Below are positions 12,606 through 24,059 of a stretch of 64,000 nucleotides of DNA, piece after piece. Under the pieces are notes generated by a model. The model did no database searches and was not told the DNA's origin. It saw only the letters and a program-made list of their open reading frames with translations. The position numbers and the translations under genes are program-made. Within the stretch, counting starts at the first letter, position 1. Each line of letters starts with the position of its first letter. Source of the DNA: Eledone cirrhosa (lineage: Eukaryota); NCBI GenBank assembly GCA_964016885.1, contig OZ024740.1:123256001-123320000 (forward strand). Reading direction: 5' to 3'.

Positions 12606-15600
12606 CATCATCATCATCATCATCATTTTACGTCCGCCTTTCCCTGCTTGCAAGGGTGGGACGGGTCTTATTCAGCACAGCATCTCTCCACTTGCACGGT
12701 CCTTTGTCATCTCCACCGTGAGATTCAGCGATCTGAGTTCTGTTCTCACCACCTCTGGCATGTTTTTCGTGGTCTACCTCTACTACGTCTTCCTTCAACT
12801 GGCATTTCCTGGCACTTCTTCAACCATCGGTCATCCTCCATGCGCATCACATGTCCATACCACCTCAGTCTCTTCTCTCGTACACTACATTCTATCCCTC
12901 TCAGAGACAGTTTCTCTCTCAACACATTCATGCTGGGTCATTCATGCACATTGACACTGCACATCAAACAGAGCATGCTTGCCTCATTTCTTTCCAGCCG
13001 TCGCATATCCTCTGCATGTCTCACTACCATGCAGCATCGCGCTCCTCACACGGACATAATATAACCGGCCTTTCGTACGCAGGGAGAAACCCTTCCTCGT
13101 CAGCAGAGGAAGCAGCTCCCTAAACTTCTTCCAACCCATCCTTATTCTAGATACTATGGCCTCAGAACACCCCCACACCCATGCTAATCTGATCTCCTGG
13201 GTACCGGACGCTATCCACCACTTCTATAGCACCTGCCTGCATTTGAAAAATGTTTCTAGCAATGCAACTTCTACTGTCTAATTTCCCTGTACATCTGCTG
13301 CATACATATTTCTCCCTGCCTGTTAGTTTGCCTGCTATCCTGCTACATCGCTTGTGTACCCAGGATCTGCATTGTGTGCATTTTATAGAATTTATGCCTG
13401 TTCCTTTTCTGCATATCGAACATGGCCATTTCCCTGACGGAATCAGAGTTTTGTCCTCTTTTCTACTCATCAACACTTTTGTCTTAACTAGGTTCACTCT
13501 CAGTCCTCTTGCTTCCAACTGCTGTTTCCATAGCCAGAATTTATTCTCTGGCTCCTCTACTGATTCTGCTATAAGAACCAGATTGTCAGCATAGAGAAGT
13601 TCCCATGGACAGCCAGTCTTAAACTCCTCTGTTATGACTTGGAGGACTGTAATGAACAAGAGCGGGCTGAAGACCGAACCTTGATGTACTCCTACTTGTA
13701 TCTGGAATTCCTCACTAAACTACATTCCTACTCTGACTTTACTGACAGTACCTATGTACAACATTTGCACTGTCCTCACAAGCCATTCCTCAAAACCTAG
13801 TTTCCTTTAGGGACCACCAGATGACAGATCGAATACCCTATCAAAGGCCTTCTCTAGTTCAACAAAGGCTAAGTATAGTGGCATATTTTTCTCTTAGAAC
13901 CTCTCTTGCAATTGTCTCACGAAGAAGAGGGCATCTGTTGTACTCTTCCGAGGCACGAAACCAAACTGCATATCATCTAGTTTGACCCTTTCTCTAATTA
14001 GTTTTGCTAATACCCTTTCTGCCACTTTCATAACCTGATCCATCAGTTTTATACCCCTATAATTGCTCCTCACCAGAGCATCCCCTTTACCTTTGTAGCA
14101 ATTTATGAGAATACTGCTGCACGTGTCTTTGGGTATGACACCACCATATATAGCCTGATTGATGATGCGTGCAACCAGTTTAGTGCCTACGTCCCCTGAT
14201 GCCTTCAGCATCTCAGCAACTATTCCCGATGGTCCAGCAGCCTTACCATTTTTCATTTCCTTAATCGCATCTCGGACCCTATATTCGTCAATCTCAATAG
14301 CTGGTCCCTCTGTCAGATCTACTGAGGGTAATTTTTCTCTCTCCCATTCGTTCTGCGCATTCATCAGTCTCTCATAATGACATTTCCAGGCTTCCTTTTT
14401 CTGATCATTCATGACACTAAGTACATCGGCATCATTCCGGACACATTTATCTCCAACAACATCCTGATTTGCATTGACACACTGCCTTGCAATTTGGAAC
14501 ACCGCACGCCTCTGATCTTCCCGTCGCAGAACATTGTTAAACCTCCTACTCTCAGCCTCCCTGCATGCTAAGTACACCTGACGTCTAGCTTCTCTCTTAG
14601 TGGCTGTATATTCTTCCCTACACCCATCCTTTTTCTAAGCCTTCCAAGCTAGTCTTTTGTCTCTAATGGCCATATCTACTGTGCTGTTCTACCACCAGGT
14701 CACTCTCTGTCTGGTTGGAGCTCTGCTCCAGACACAAGTTTCATCAGTAGCCTGCAGTAAGTTGTCACGTAAGAAATTCCAGTTATTATCTTTGTCATAT
14801 GTCTCTAAATCGTCTTCTTCTTCGTCATACACATCTTGAAGGGATTTCCTAAATTCGTATTTCAGTGAAATGTCTTTTAGCTTCCAGACCTTTCTTCTCC
14901 ACACCTTCCTGTATGTCTCATTCCATCTCTTGCTTACTGAATTATCACTAATGACGAACCTATACTATGGGGGTACATTCTTCCCCATGGTATGCCTTGG
15001 TATTAGACACTATCTGCCTGCGCCGATGCCTAACTAGTAAGAAGTCAATCTGGCTTATGTGCTCGCCAGATTTGTAGGTTATTAGGTGGTTGGCAGGTTT
15101 CTGGAAGTTAGTGTTGCAAATAGTCAGTGTACTTGCATCACAAAATTCAAGACGTCTCACTCCTTCTTCATTTCTTGAGCCGTAACAGTGCCCACCATGT
15201 ACCCCAGTGTAACCATCCTGGAGCTGTCCAACATGACCATTGAAGTCCCTTGCAAGCATAACTATGTCCTCATCCTCTGTCACTGCGGTTGTTTGTAAAA
15301 GTTGCTCGAAAAGCAGTCTGTCTCTTCTTTGCCTAGGCCTGGTTGTGGAGCATAGGCAGAGATGATTGTCAGTAGTCTCCGGCCTAAAACTAATCTAAGC
15401 TTAATTATTCGATCACTAACTCGAACTAACTCTATTGTCTTATTGAACCATCTCTCAGCCAGGAAAATGCCTACTCCCCCTAACCCATCATCATTACCTA
15501 CCCAGAAAAGCTTATAGCTAAGATATTTGCCTACGACTAGTCTCACAGAGGCACCGCTCCATCTCATCTCTTGCACGCAGCACACATCCACATGCCTTCT

Positions 15601-15746
15601 CTCCAGCATCTCCGCTACTTCAGCAGATCTACCACTGAGAGTGGCAACATTAAGTGTTGCAACTCTGAGATGCGACGTCTTCATATTTTGTTGTTGTTCC
15701 TATCTATTTGTTGCTGTGCTGATAAGCGTTTTGGCATTGATACACT

Positions 15747-15748
<2 letters not shown>
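12606..15748 (-). mobile_element. Near full-length RTE-clade LINE (single APE+RT ORF, disrupted)
   Basis: APE N-terminus LRVATLNV…DVCCVQE, SAYAPQ, DFNGHVG, SQIDFLL. RT motifs NYRGIKL, QFGFVP, LLYADN. C-terminal LRWYGHVMR…GRPRKT. (ATG)n tail. (TA)n on both flanks. Confidence 0.95.
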
Positions 15749-15824
<76 letters not shown>

Positions 15825-15900
15825 CAACATATATATATACACGACCCGCTATGCCTATGCATAGAAATATGCTTCTATGTTTCTTGAGATACACCGATAC

Positions 15901-15975
<75 letters not shown>

Positions 15976-15979
<4 letters not shown>

Positions 15980-16152
15980 GTCTAAGGCGGGTAAAATTCC
16001 CGAGATCCATGGACGAGTTCTCTCCAGTGGTCTCTGTCCCTCATTATCGCTGCCATGTTCTGCGTCTCCAACAGACCAGTGTCTGTCCTTAGGGTATCAA
16101 CATACGTTAACCTTGGTTTTCCACTTCCAGTGCGTCCATGTAGGGGCTCCCA
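15976..16152 (-). mobile_element. 3' end of another RTE-like LINE
   Basis: WEPLHGRTGSGKPRLTYVDTLRTDTG…MRDRDHWRELV is an RTE-like C-terminus. (TA)n on both sides. Confidence 0.7.
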
Positions 16153-16214
16153 TATATATATATAAAATAAAGTTAAATAAAAAGTCAAATGTTTAAAATT
16201 TAGCTTCGTTTATT

Positions 16215-16269
16215 ACTGCTATATATATTTCGGTGACAGCTATCTTTGGCTGTGACCACTTCAGGCAGT
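16215..16269 (-). ncRNA. Minimal type I hammerhead ribozyme, A9U core variant
   Basis: Minus strand reads ACTGC-CTGAAGT-GGTCACAGC caaagata GCTGTCACC-GAAA-TATATA-TA-GCAGT. Stem I 5/5, stem II 8/9, palindromic stem III. Confidence 0.7.
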
Positions 16270-16704
16270 CCGAATTAGTGTCGTATAGACAAGTACATAT
16301 GTTGTTGAGGTGTATAATATTGTCAATACTCTGATATGACCAGTTCCTGGTTGGGTTGTTATTTCACTGAGGAACTGAAATCATATGTATTCAGACAAAC
16401 GAATTTCAGTGTCAAAGGGCCACTTCTCCTCTCATTGGTCAGTTGTTAGAACATTCCTCATTCTAAGTGTTGTTATTGTTGGAGTTAGCTTAAAGAATTA
16501 ATACAGTGGTAGAAGGAAAAAAGGTGGTAAAGGAACAAAATAACAAAAAAAAGTGTCAAACTTCCCATTAGTCAGTTTTGAGAGCATTCCTCAGTCAGAA
16601 GTCTATAGAATTCTTTCTGGGGTGAGGCTCCCTGTAGTGTTTGTTGGTATACAACCAACATATACTCAAAATCTCTCTCTATATATATAGATATACATAT
16701 ATAT

Positions 16705-16781
<77 letters not shown>

Positions 16782-16787
<6 letters not shown>

Positions 16788-17567
16788 TATACATACAGGT
16801 ACACATATATATATGTACGTATCAGTTTAGCGGACGTTTATTATAACGCCCGCTTTGTCAGTTTGTAAACAAACGGACAGCCTGATTTATGCCGTACGGT
16901 GTTAAGGACAAAGCGGGCGTTATAATAAACGTCCGCTAAACTGACACGTACATATATATATGTGTACCTGTATGTATATATATATATATGCATGCTACTG
17001 TACGTCTGTATACATATATGTATGTACGTGTACATACATACTTACATTTAAGTAAGTGCCGTACTAAGAGTGAGAAATGAAATTTCGTTTCATTCCATTA
17101 CAACTTATCGTTTTCGGTACGCCTGGCCGACTGAACTCACTCGATATGCAAATTAGGCTGCTCAGCCGTTAATTTTCATAAGGAAAGTATATACTTTCGA
17201 ACGTTCAACCATCTGGCAGAAGGGTATACGGTGCTGATGATAGCTAAGAAGCTTGAAACTAGTACATCGTTCCTGTGTCTGTGTTGAACAAAAAGGTGAC
17301 GTGGTTGCCTTAACACCGTACGGCATAAATCAGGCTGTCCGTTTGTTTACAAACGGACAAAGCGGGCGTTATAATAAACGTCCGCTAAACTGATACGTAC
17401 ATATATATATGTGTACCTGTATGTATATATATATGTATATATATATATATATATGCATGCTACTGTACGTCTGTATACATATATGTATGTACGTATACAT
17501 ACATACTTACATTTAAGTAAGTGCCGTATAAGAGTGAGAAATGAAATTTCGTTTCATTCCATTACAA

Positions 17568-17571
<4 letters not shown>
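16782..17571 (+). mobile_element. Non-coding PLE-like or retrozyme-like element (449-nt period partial tandem with inverted 5' segment)
   Basis: 16906-17108 is repeated at 17355-17571. 16782-16907 is the reverse complement of ~17308-17435. Contains a hammerhead at 17228-17270. Flanked by (TA)n on both sides. Confidence 0.8.
17228..17270 (+). ncRNA. Minimal type I hammerhead ribozyme with canonical core
   Basis: ACGGTG-CTGATGA-tAGCT aaga AGCTt-GAAA-CTAG-TA^CATCGT. Stem I 6 bp (one G·U), palindromic ACTAGT stem III, predicted GUA cleavage after 17264. Confidence 0.85.
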
Positions 17572-17626
<55 letters not shown>

Positions 17627-17628
<2 letters not shown>

Positions 17629-19151
17629 TCATCATCATCGTTTAACGTCCATCTTCCACGCTAGCATGGGTTTGGACGGGAATTTTCCCACTTGAGACAA
17701 GATTGGTTGCCTTGCTCGTATATGACTCTCTGGCGGGTTTTCTACGGTTGGATGTCCTTCCTATCACCAACCACGTTTACATTGTGGACTGGGAGGTTTT
17801 TACCGTGTTACCTACACGGCCACATTACAGCGTGGACTGTGTGTTTTTTTGTCGTGACACCTACACGACTTCATTTGTTTCAGACTGGATGTTGTGGTAC
17901 CAACATAACTTTACATTGAAAGGGGTGGTGTGGATGGGGTGGGGGTAGTGGGACGGGGGTGTATTTTTGATAGAGGTGCCTACTGACTGTAGCTTTCGCT
18001 TTGTACTTAGGCAAGGCAGGTCTTCTGTATTACTGTGTAGCGCCAAAGATCTTGGTCCAGATCTTGGAGAGGTGTAAGTGTGTGAGGTTGGAATTTATCA
18101 AGTCATCCCAAGTTTTTCTGGGTCTGCCTACTCCGTTGCTACCGTCTATTTTGATCGCCCTGCACTTTTTTATACAGCTGTCGTCTCTCATGCGCATCAC
18201 GTGACCGTACAAACATAGTCTTCTCTCGAGTAAACAACATCTGATCCCTCTTATTCCTAATTTTTCCCTTAGATGGTTTATGCTTTGCCGTTCACGTATA
18301 TTACTATTACACATCCAGCGGAGCATGCAAGCTTCGTTACTCTCCAGTCTGTGTATATCCTCTGCACACAATGCCCAGGTCTCACTGCCATGTAACATTG
18401 CTGTACGTATGCAGGCATCATACAGCCTGCCTTTCATTTTTAGAGAGAACCCTTTAGCGGCCAATAGTGGTATAAGCTTCTGAACTTTTTCCATCCCGTT
18501 CTGACTCTAGCTACTGTACTTTCAGAGTACCCTCCACCACTGCTGATTTTTAACCCAGGTAACGGAAGGTGTCCACTATTTCTATAGAACCATCTGTGCA
18601 ATGGAATGAGCTAGTATTTCGTGGGCACTTGCTGCTACTTATTGCACCACAGCACCGGCCACATATAAAATCTATATTCTTAGTTAGCTTACCTGTGATC
18701 CCACTACATCTTTTATGCACCCATCCTTTGCATTTGGGACATAAAATGGAGTTTCTGCCTACTCCTTTCTTATCCACTGAGCATGGCCATTTCACAGATG
18801 GGACTGGTGCCCTATTTTCCTTCCTACAAACTAGAACTTTAGTCTTAGACAGGTTAATTTTAAGGCCTTTTGATTCTAATCCATGCTTCTATGTTTGGAA
18901 TTTCTTTTCTAGTTCGGCCATTGATTCAGCTATGAGCGTTAGATCATCTGCGTATAGGAGGTCCCATGGGGAGCCGGTCTTGAACGCGTCTGTTATAGCC
19001 TGAAGGGCAATAATAAATAGGAGGGAGCTAAGGACGGAGCCCTGATGAACACCAACTTTTACGCTAAACTCTTCACTATATTCGTTATTAATTCTTACCT
19101 TGCTGACTGTTTCTTTATACATGGCTTGTATAGCTCTCCTTGTATGGCTCT

Positions 19152-19154
<3 letters not shown>
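17627..19154 (-). mobile_element. 5'-truncated RTE LINE
   Basis: VGVHQGSVLS, LLYADDL, WPCSV…CPKCKGWVHKRCSGI…CGRC (PHD-like insert), LYGHVMR, 3'UTR and (ATG)n tail. (TA)n on both flanks. Confidence 0.9.
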
Positions 19155-19229
<75 letters not shown>

Positions 19230-19268
19230 GATATTCATAAATGGAAACTATATTTATAAAACCATATT

Positions 19269-19333
19269 TATTTCATTATACATATTTCAGGGATACCAAA
19301 TTAAAATATGGTATGCCTTCATCAGACAAAATA
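19269..19333 (-). ncRNA. Hammerhead ribozyme in the 3' pseudo-LTR of the Naiad-type PLE
   Basis: TATTTTGT-CTGATGA-AGGCATACCA…TGGTATCCCT-GAAA-TATGTA-TA-ATGAAATA. Stem I 8 bp with two G·U pairs. Confidence 0.8.
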
Positions 19334-20759
19334 CAATATATAAACAGTTTTATAAATAATTTTGACGTACCCTATTAAATGCAACCATTATTTTTGGAAG
19401 CTGTCTGGATAGCGAAAAGTTATAGTGTTAAGCACAATTAGAAAAAGGCGGAGAGAAAGAAAGAAAAAACGGAGAGAGAGAAGGAGAGAGAAAGAAGGAG
19501 AGAGAGAAAAAGAAAACCTGGAGAAATATCGGAGAGAGAGAGAAATGTATGTAGAAAAGAAAGAGATAAATAGATAGGAGGAAATAAAAAGAAAGAAAAA
19601 AGGAAGAAATAAGAAAAACAAAGAAAAGCAAGAGAGAGATAATAAGTCATCATACAGATAGAAAAACTCAAGAGAGAGAAAATACTATATAGAGAGACAA
19701 CTTTACGTCATGTCATATCAAGTTGTGTTAACAATTTATATGAAATGAATAATAAAAATATAAATATCAATATTCATGAATGGGACATAGATATATAATA
19801 TGAGAAAATAACATTATTCAATAATGACCATATGTTTAGTTTAAAAACTTGAGATCATTATACCAAAATCTGAGTTAAATCCTTCAAAATCCTATTTATA
19901 AAAATCAGGATACAAATATGTATATATATATACACACATATGCACGTCCTGAAAATAGAAATTATGTCTACTCAAGCCAATAATATAGACACACAAGTGA
20001 TTTCACTTGATGACTGCTATACACTTCTTGTGTTATAAAAAGTTCACAGTATATATACATAAATATACGATTAATATTCAAGTCCTCATATATACGATTA
20101 CCATTCATGTATTTAATATTATGCATATCTGCATCATACATCACATATACACACACATATATACACATACATATGTATAAATAAATAAATAAATATCTGC
20201 GTGAGTCTTCCAGCATCGCTCATGTATATATACATATACATATACAAACACATAAATAGAACCTATAACACTTTTATATGCATGTTAATACACACATATG
20301 GCATTTGTATAGAGATAATCAAATATCAATACATTAATATAGAAATATCAAAGCATTAAATATCTTTAAAACACTATAGAGTATCTCAAGTTAAAATAAT
20401 CTGTTTTATATATTTAGTATAGAAATTTATCCTACCTATATCTCAAACAAGATATTGAAAGGGTAGACCTATGAAAGTTATTAGAAGCTATCAGAGTCAA
20501 AACAAATAAAAAAAATAAAAAATAATTTAAAAGATTTAGAAGACCCAGTGATTTTACGGATAACCTTATATTTAGTATAGAAATTTATCTTACGTATATT
20601 TTATTTAATACATTGGGAGCATATACATTTTAGTTTATTATATCCTTGTTTATATTTAGGAAGAAAGTTTAAAATGAAAAAGGTGAAGGAATCTAATGAT
20701 TTATCGACAAGTTTCATATATTAACTAAATTTCTTAATTAATTATACTACATTTTAAAT

Positions 20760-22935
20760 TTTATATTTATATTTAAACGTTGAGTTCAATCTATGTCTGC
20801 AGCAACTGAATAAATTGCTCCTTAAATTAAGGGAATTTTTGGACTTTAATATAAAGAATATTTCTTCTATACAAAGATCACAATTTTCTGAAGTGGAATT
20901 AAAAGGAGTACCTATGAGATAATATTCCAATTCATCGAATATTTAACATTATCTCGTTTAAGGTGACAGAGTAGGCTAGATAGCGAAGTTGAAGATTTTT
21001 TATTTGGATCTGTGAAAGAATTCTTATGATTATTGAAGCGAAGTTTAAATTCTGTCGAGGTGGAACCAACATAGTTGAAAGAATTTAAATTAGTTTTAAC
21101 ATTACAATTGTACACTACATTTTTAGCTAAGCAGTTGTTATTTAACGGACAGTTAGATTTATTTCTACAGTTACAGTTATTTAATTGAATATTGTTAGGG
21201 TTATTATTGGTAATTTGGTTAGGTTTTAAATTCCTATTATTAATTCTATTAATATTTTGTGCTAAATTTTTGGTGGACGAGTAAGTTAATTTTATAGTGT
21301 GTCTATTAATAATTGATTAATATTTATGTGTTCTAGGGAAGCGTTTGTCAAGAGCATTAAAGAATAGTTTAGCAATATGGGTTTTAATATTTAGTGAGAA
21401 AGGGGGGGTGGGACCATAATATATTTCTAGTTCTATTTCTATTTCGGCTTTTGGAATTATTGTAATGTTTTCTATTATAGTTGTTAAAGTTGTTACCGTA
21501 ATTGAAATTGTTATTATTTTGGTTAGTTTGCTTATTATTATTATCGATGTATTTAATTTTATCTCTATATCCTGCTCTACCTAACGCTTCATTGTAATAC
21601 TGCGCTTTTTCATCAAAAATATTTTTATTAGATGAAATTCTTGAAATTCGTTCTTGAACAGAGTTCACTATAGTATTTTTAACAGATCTGGGGTGATTAG
21701 ATTGTGACATGGATAATGAAGACATGTGTTGAGATTTAGTGTTACATCCAGAAAATTGACTATTCTATGGTTATTCTCTATTTCTATTTTTAGATTAAGG
21801 TAATTAAAAAAATTGTATAATTTGTTTTCTTTTTCTATTTAGTTCACAGCTATTATTTTCAATAAGTAAAAGCATGTCATCACGATATAATCCTCCGGTT
21901 ACACCTGGTATTTTTCTATGTAGCGAATTAATTATAAATAGGCCCACAAGGTCCGTTACCTGAGCTGAGTCTGATGATCCCATAGTTATGTCGAAATTAT
22001 TATCTCTATCTGCCCTAGTCCAGAGTTGGTTATTAAATTCTATCAATGTTTTCCTTGCCGATAATATAATGTGCATTTCATTGCTAGTTAGGTCAGTATG
22101 TTTAAATGCGTAATTTAGTGCCTTATTCAGTAGATTAGGAGTGATAGATGAATAGTAGTTAGCAATATCTAGCTGAATAAACTTATTATTATAATTTAAT
22201 TTCTTTAAACCACTCAATAACCTCACCAGTCCCCTTCCATAACTTTAAGTAAGGTAAATTAGGTCAGTTTTTAATTTGTTGTATTACCCTGTCTAGAATG
22301 TTTTTGCTAAGTTTTCCCAGGTCAGATTTAGATGGTGCAATCAATCTGACTGGCAAATCATTTTCAAATTTTCTTTTGTGATCTTTCATATTGATCTTGG
22401 GTTTCCTAGGCATGAAGGGTTGTGTTTTATTCTCAATGTCTGATTCATGCATTATACAAGATGCCTCTGTGTTCATTTTTTCCAGTTCGTCCTTACTTGC
22501 AACCTTGTACTTTTTCCTTAGTTCTTTCAATATAAGGTCATTATACATGTCCTTTTGTACTCCATAAAGGTTATTAGTTTTGTCCGATTTCACTAAGATT
22601 TCCTCTGTTTTTTCCAAGCTTTCAATATTATCCTTAATGCATCTTAAGTAGTCCTGGCCTTTGAAGTTTCTCTTGAATTTGATGCTTTGGATGATAGAAA
22701 TTATATCGTTTTCAAAATCCATTAGTAGTTTGTTGGGGGGTGGATTTTTTTTAGATTTGAAAAGTTTATCCAAATCTGAAACATTTTCATTTAGATTAGA
22801 TTTATCAAAGTGGAAAGCACGCCACCTGATTCTTCTTATAAAAGAGTCTGATTTTTCTATTAATTGTTTAATAAAATCTTTGTTCCTAGGTAGAGGTATG
22901 TCTTTTAGAGAAGAAGAGATCTTAAAGAATTCCAT
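20760..22935 (-). pseudogene. PLE RT / GIY-YIG endonuclease ORF (frameshifted)
   Basis: SLKDIPLP…IRRIRWRAFHF, VKSDKTNNLY, KDHK…VRLIAPSKSDLGKLSK, LDIANYYSSI, FDITMGS, GLYRDD, SNHP, CNCRNKSNCPLNNNCL…VVY…YVGST…FKLRFNNHK, CDLC…CRH. These match Naiad-clade signatures as I recall them. Confidence 0.9.
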
Positions 22936-23129
22936 TTTTTCAGTTATAGTGTAAAGCGCTCAACAATACTGGAGCAGAATATATGCAAAAGTTCTATTTA
23001 AATTGTTGGGATACAACAAGTAAATATTTTATAACTGATATAAAGCACTCGACAAGTTTTTGGAGTAGATATACGATATTAATAAATGGAAACTATATTT
23101 ATAAAACCATATTTATAAAACCATATTTG

Positions 23130-23194
23130 TATTTTGTCTGATGAAGGCATACCATATTTTAATTTGGTATCCCTGAAATATGTATAATGAAATA
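23130..23194 (+). ncRNA. Inverted copy of the PLE hammerhead at the element 5' end
   Basis: Reverse complement of 19269-19333, identical by eye. Confidence 0.8.
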
Positions 23195-23854
23195 CACTAA
23201 AGAAAATAAAACTTGTTAAAAACGGTATGTTTTCTGTTTTATTTTTTGTTTAGGTGAAGGTAGATGTGTAGAAAGTCTTGGTTACATCTATTCTGTATAT
23301 ATGCAGATATAATCTTATAATTTATATATCAGATCTAGCTGTTGTACAGCCAGAGCTCTGCTATTGTGGTCCTGAATCTTTTCATATTACCCACTCTACC
23401 CCAAGTATCGAGTACTCTGGTGGTTTATGGTCCACCTGGTATTTTACCACACTCTATCTGTCATATGTATATATATATATAAGCACATTCACTGTCTTTA
23501 CATTTTCTCTTATATTTAAATCAGACATTTTGCTGTCAGACTTCTGTGATGACAGTTAATTTTACATTACTACTGACTTATTAGGACATCATTACCCAAG
23601 TACACCTAACCCAACACCATTTTCCTCTCTCTTCATTAGTGATTTCACATAGTTAGTTTCTCATGGAATTTTCCTAATTAACAATGTCTTTCTAACGAGA
23701 TTGCTTGTTAATTTTCTACCAGTACTGTGCTGAAAGCTTGCTTATATGTCGTGGCAAGATAATTTTGCAATTTGTTTTTAAATTGTAGTAGTTATAGTTG
23801 TGGTGGCTGCAATAATAGCAGTGGTGGTATTAATATTATTATTATTATAACATA

Positions 23855-23912
23855 AAGTACCAGTAATACACTGGGGTAATTTCAGGCCTTGTGCCAAAAG
23901 TAGAAACAATTA
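23855..23912 (+). mobile_element. 5'-truncated SINE 3' end within (TTA)n
   Basis: ataaagtaccagtaatacactgg…ggccttgtgccaaaagtagaaacaattattatt, with TTA repeats on both sides. Confidence 0.7.
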
Positions 23913-24059
23913 TTATTATTATTATTATTATCTAAACCCATGCTAGTGTGGAAGATAGACGTTAAACGATGATGATGACTATAGTTGCATTTATATTCAT
24001 ACAAGTTATCATCACTATAGTTATCATGACTATAGTTGCTTTATATTCATACAAGTTAT

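Larger units (their letters stand above)
19227..23194 (-). mobile_element. Penelope-like element, Naiad-type, near complete
   Basis: RT+GIY-YIG ORF with a terminal direct repeat (19227-19269 vs 23072-23114), a 3' hammerhead, and an inverted copy of that hammerhead at the 5' end. The 3' end abuts (TA)n. Confidence 0.9.

Noticed and set aside
20760-22935. Selenoprotein-type Naiad (in-frame UGA read as Sec)
   Set aside because: The Cys codons I read in CNCR…CPL…CL, CDLC and CCRH are TGT/TGC, and the residue before RLIAP is Val. The TGA at 22264 lies in a frameshifted region. No SECIS recognised by eye.
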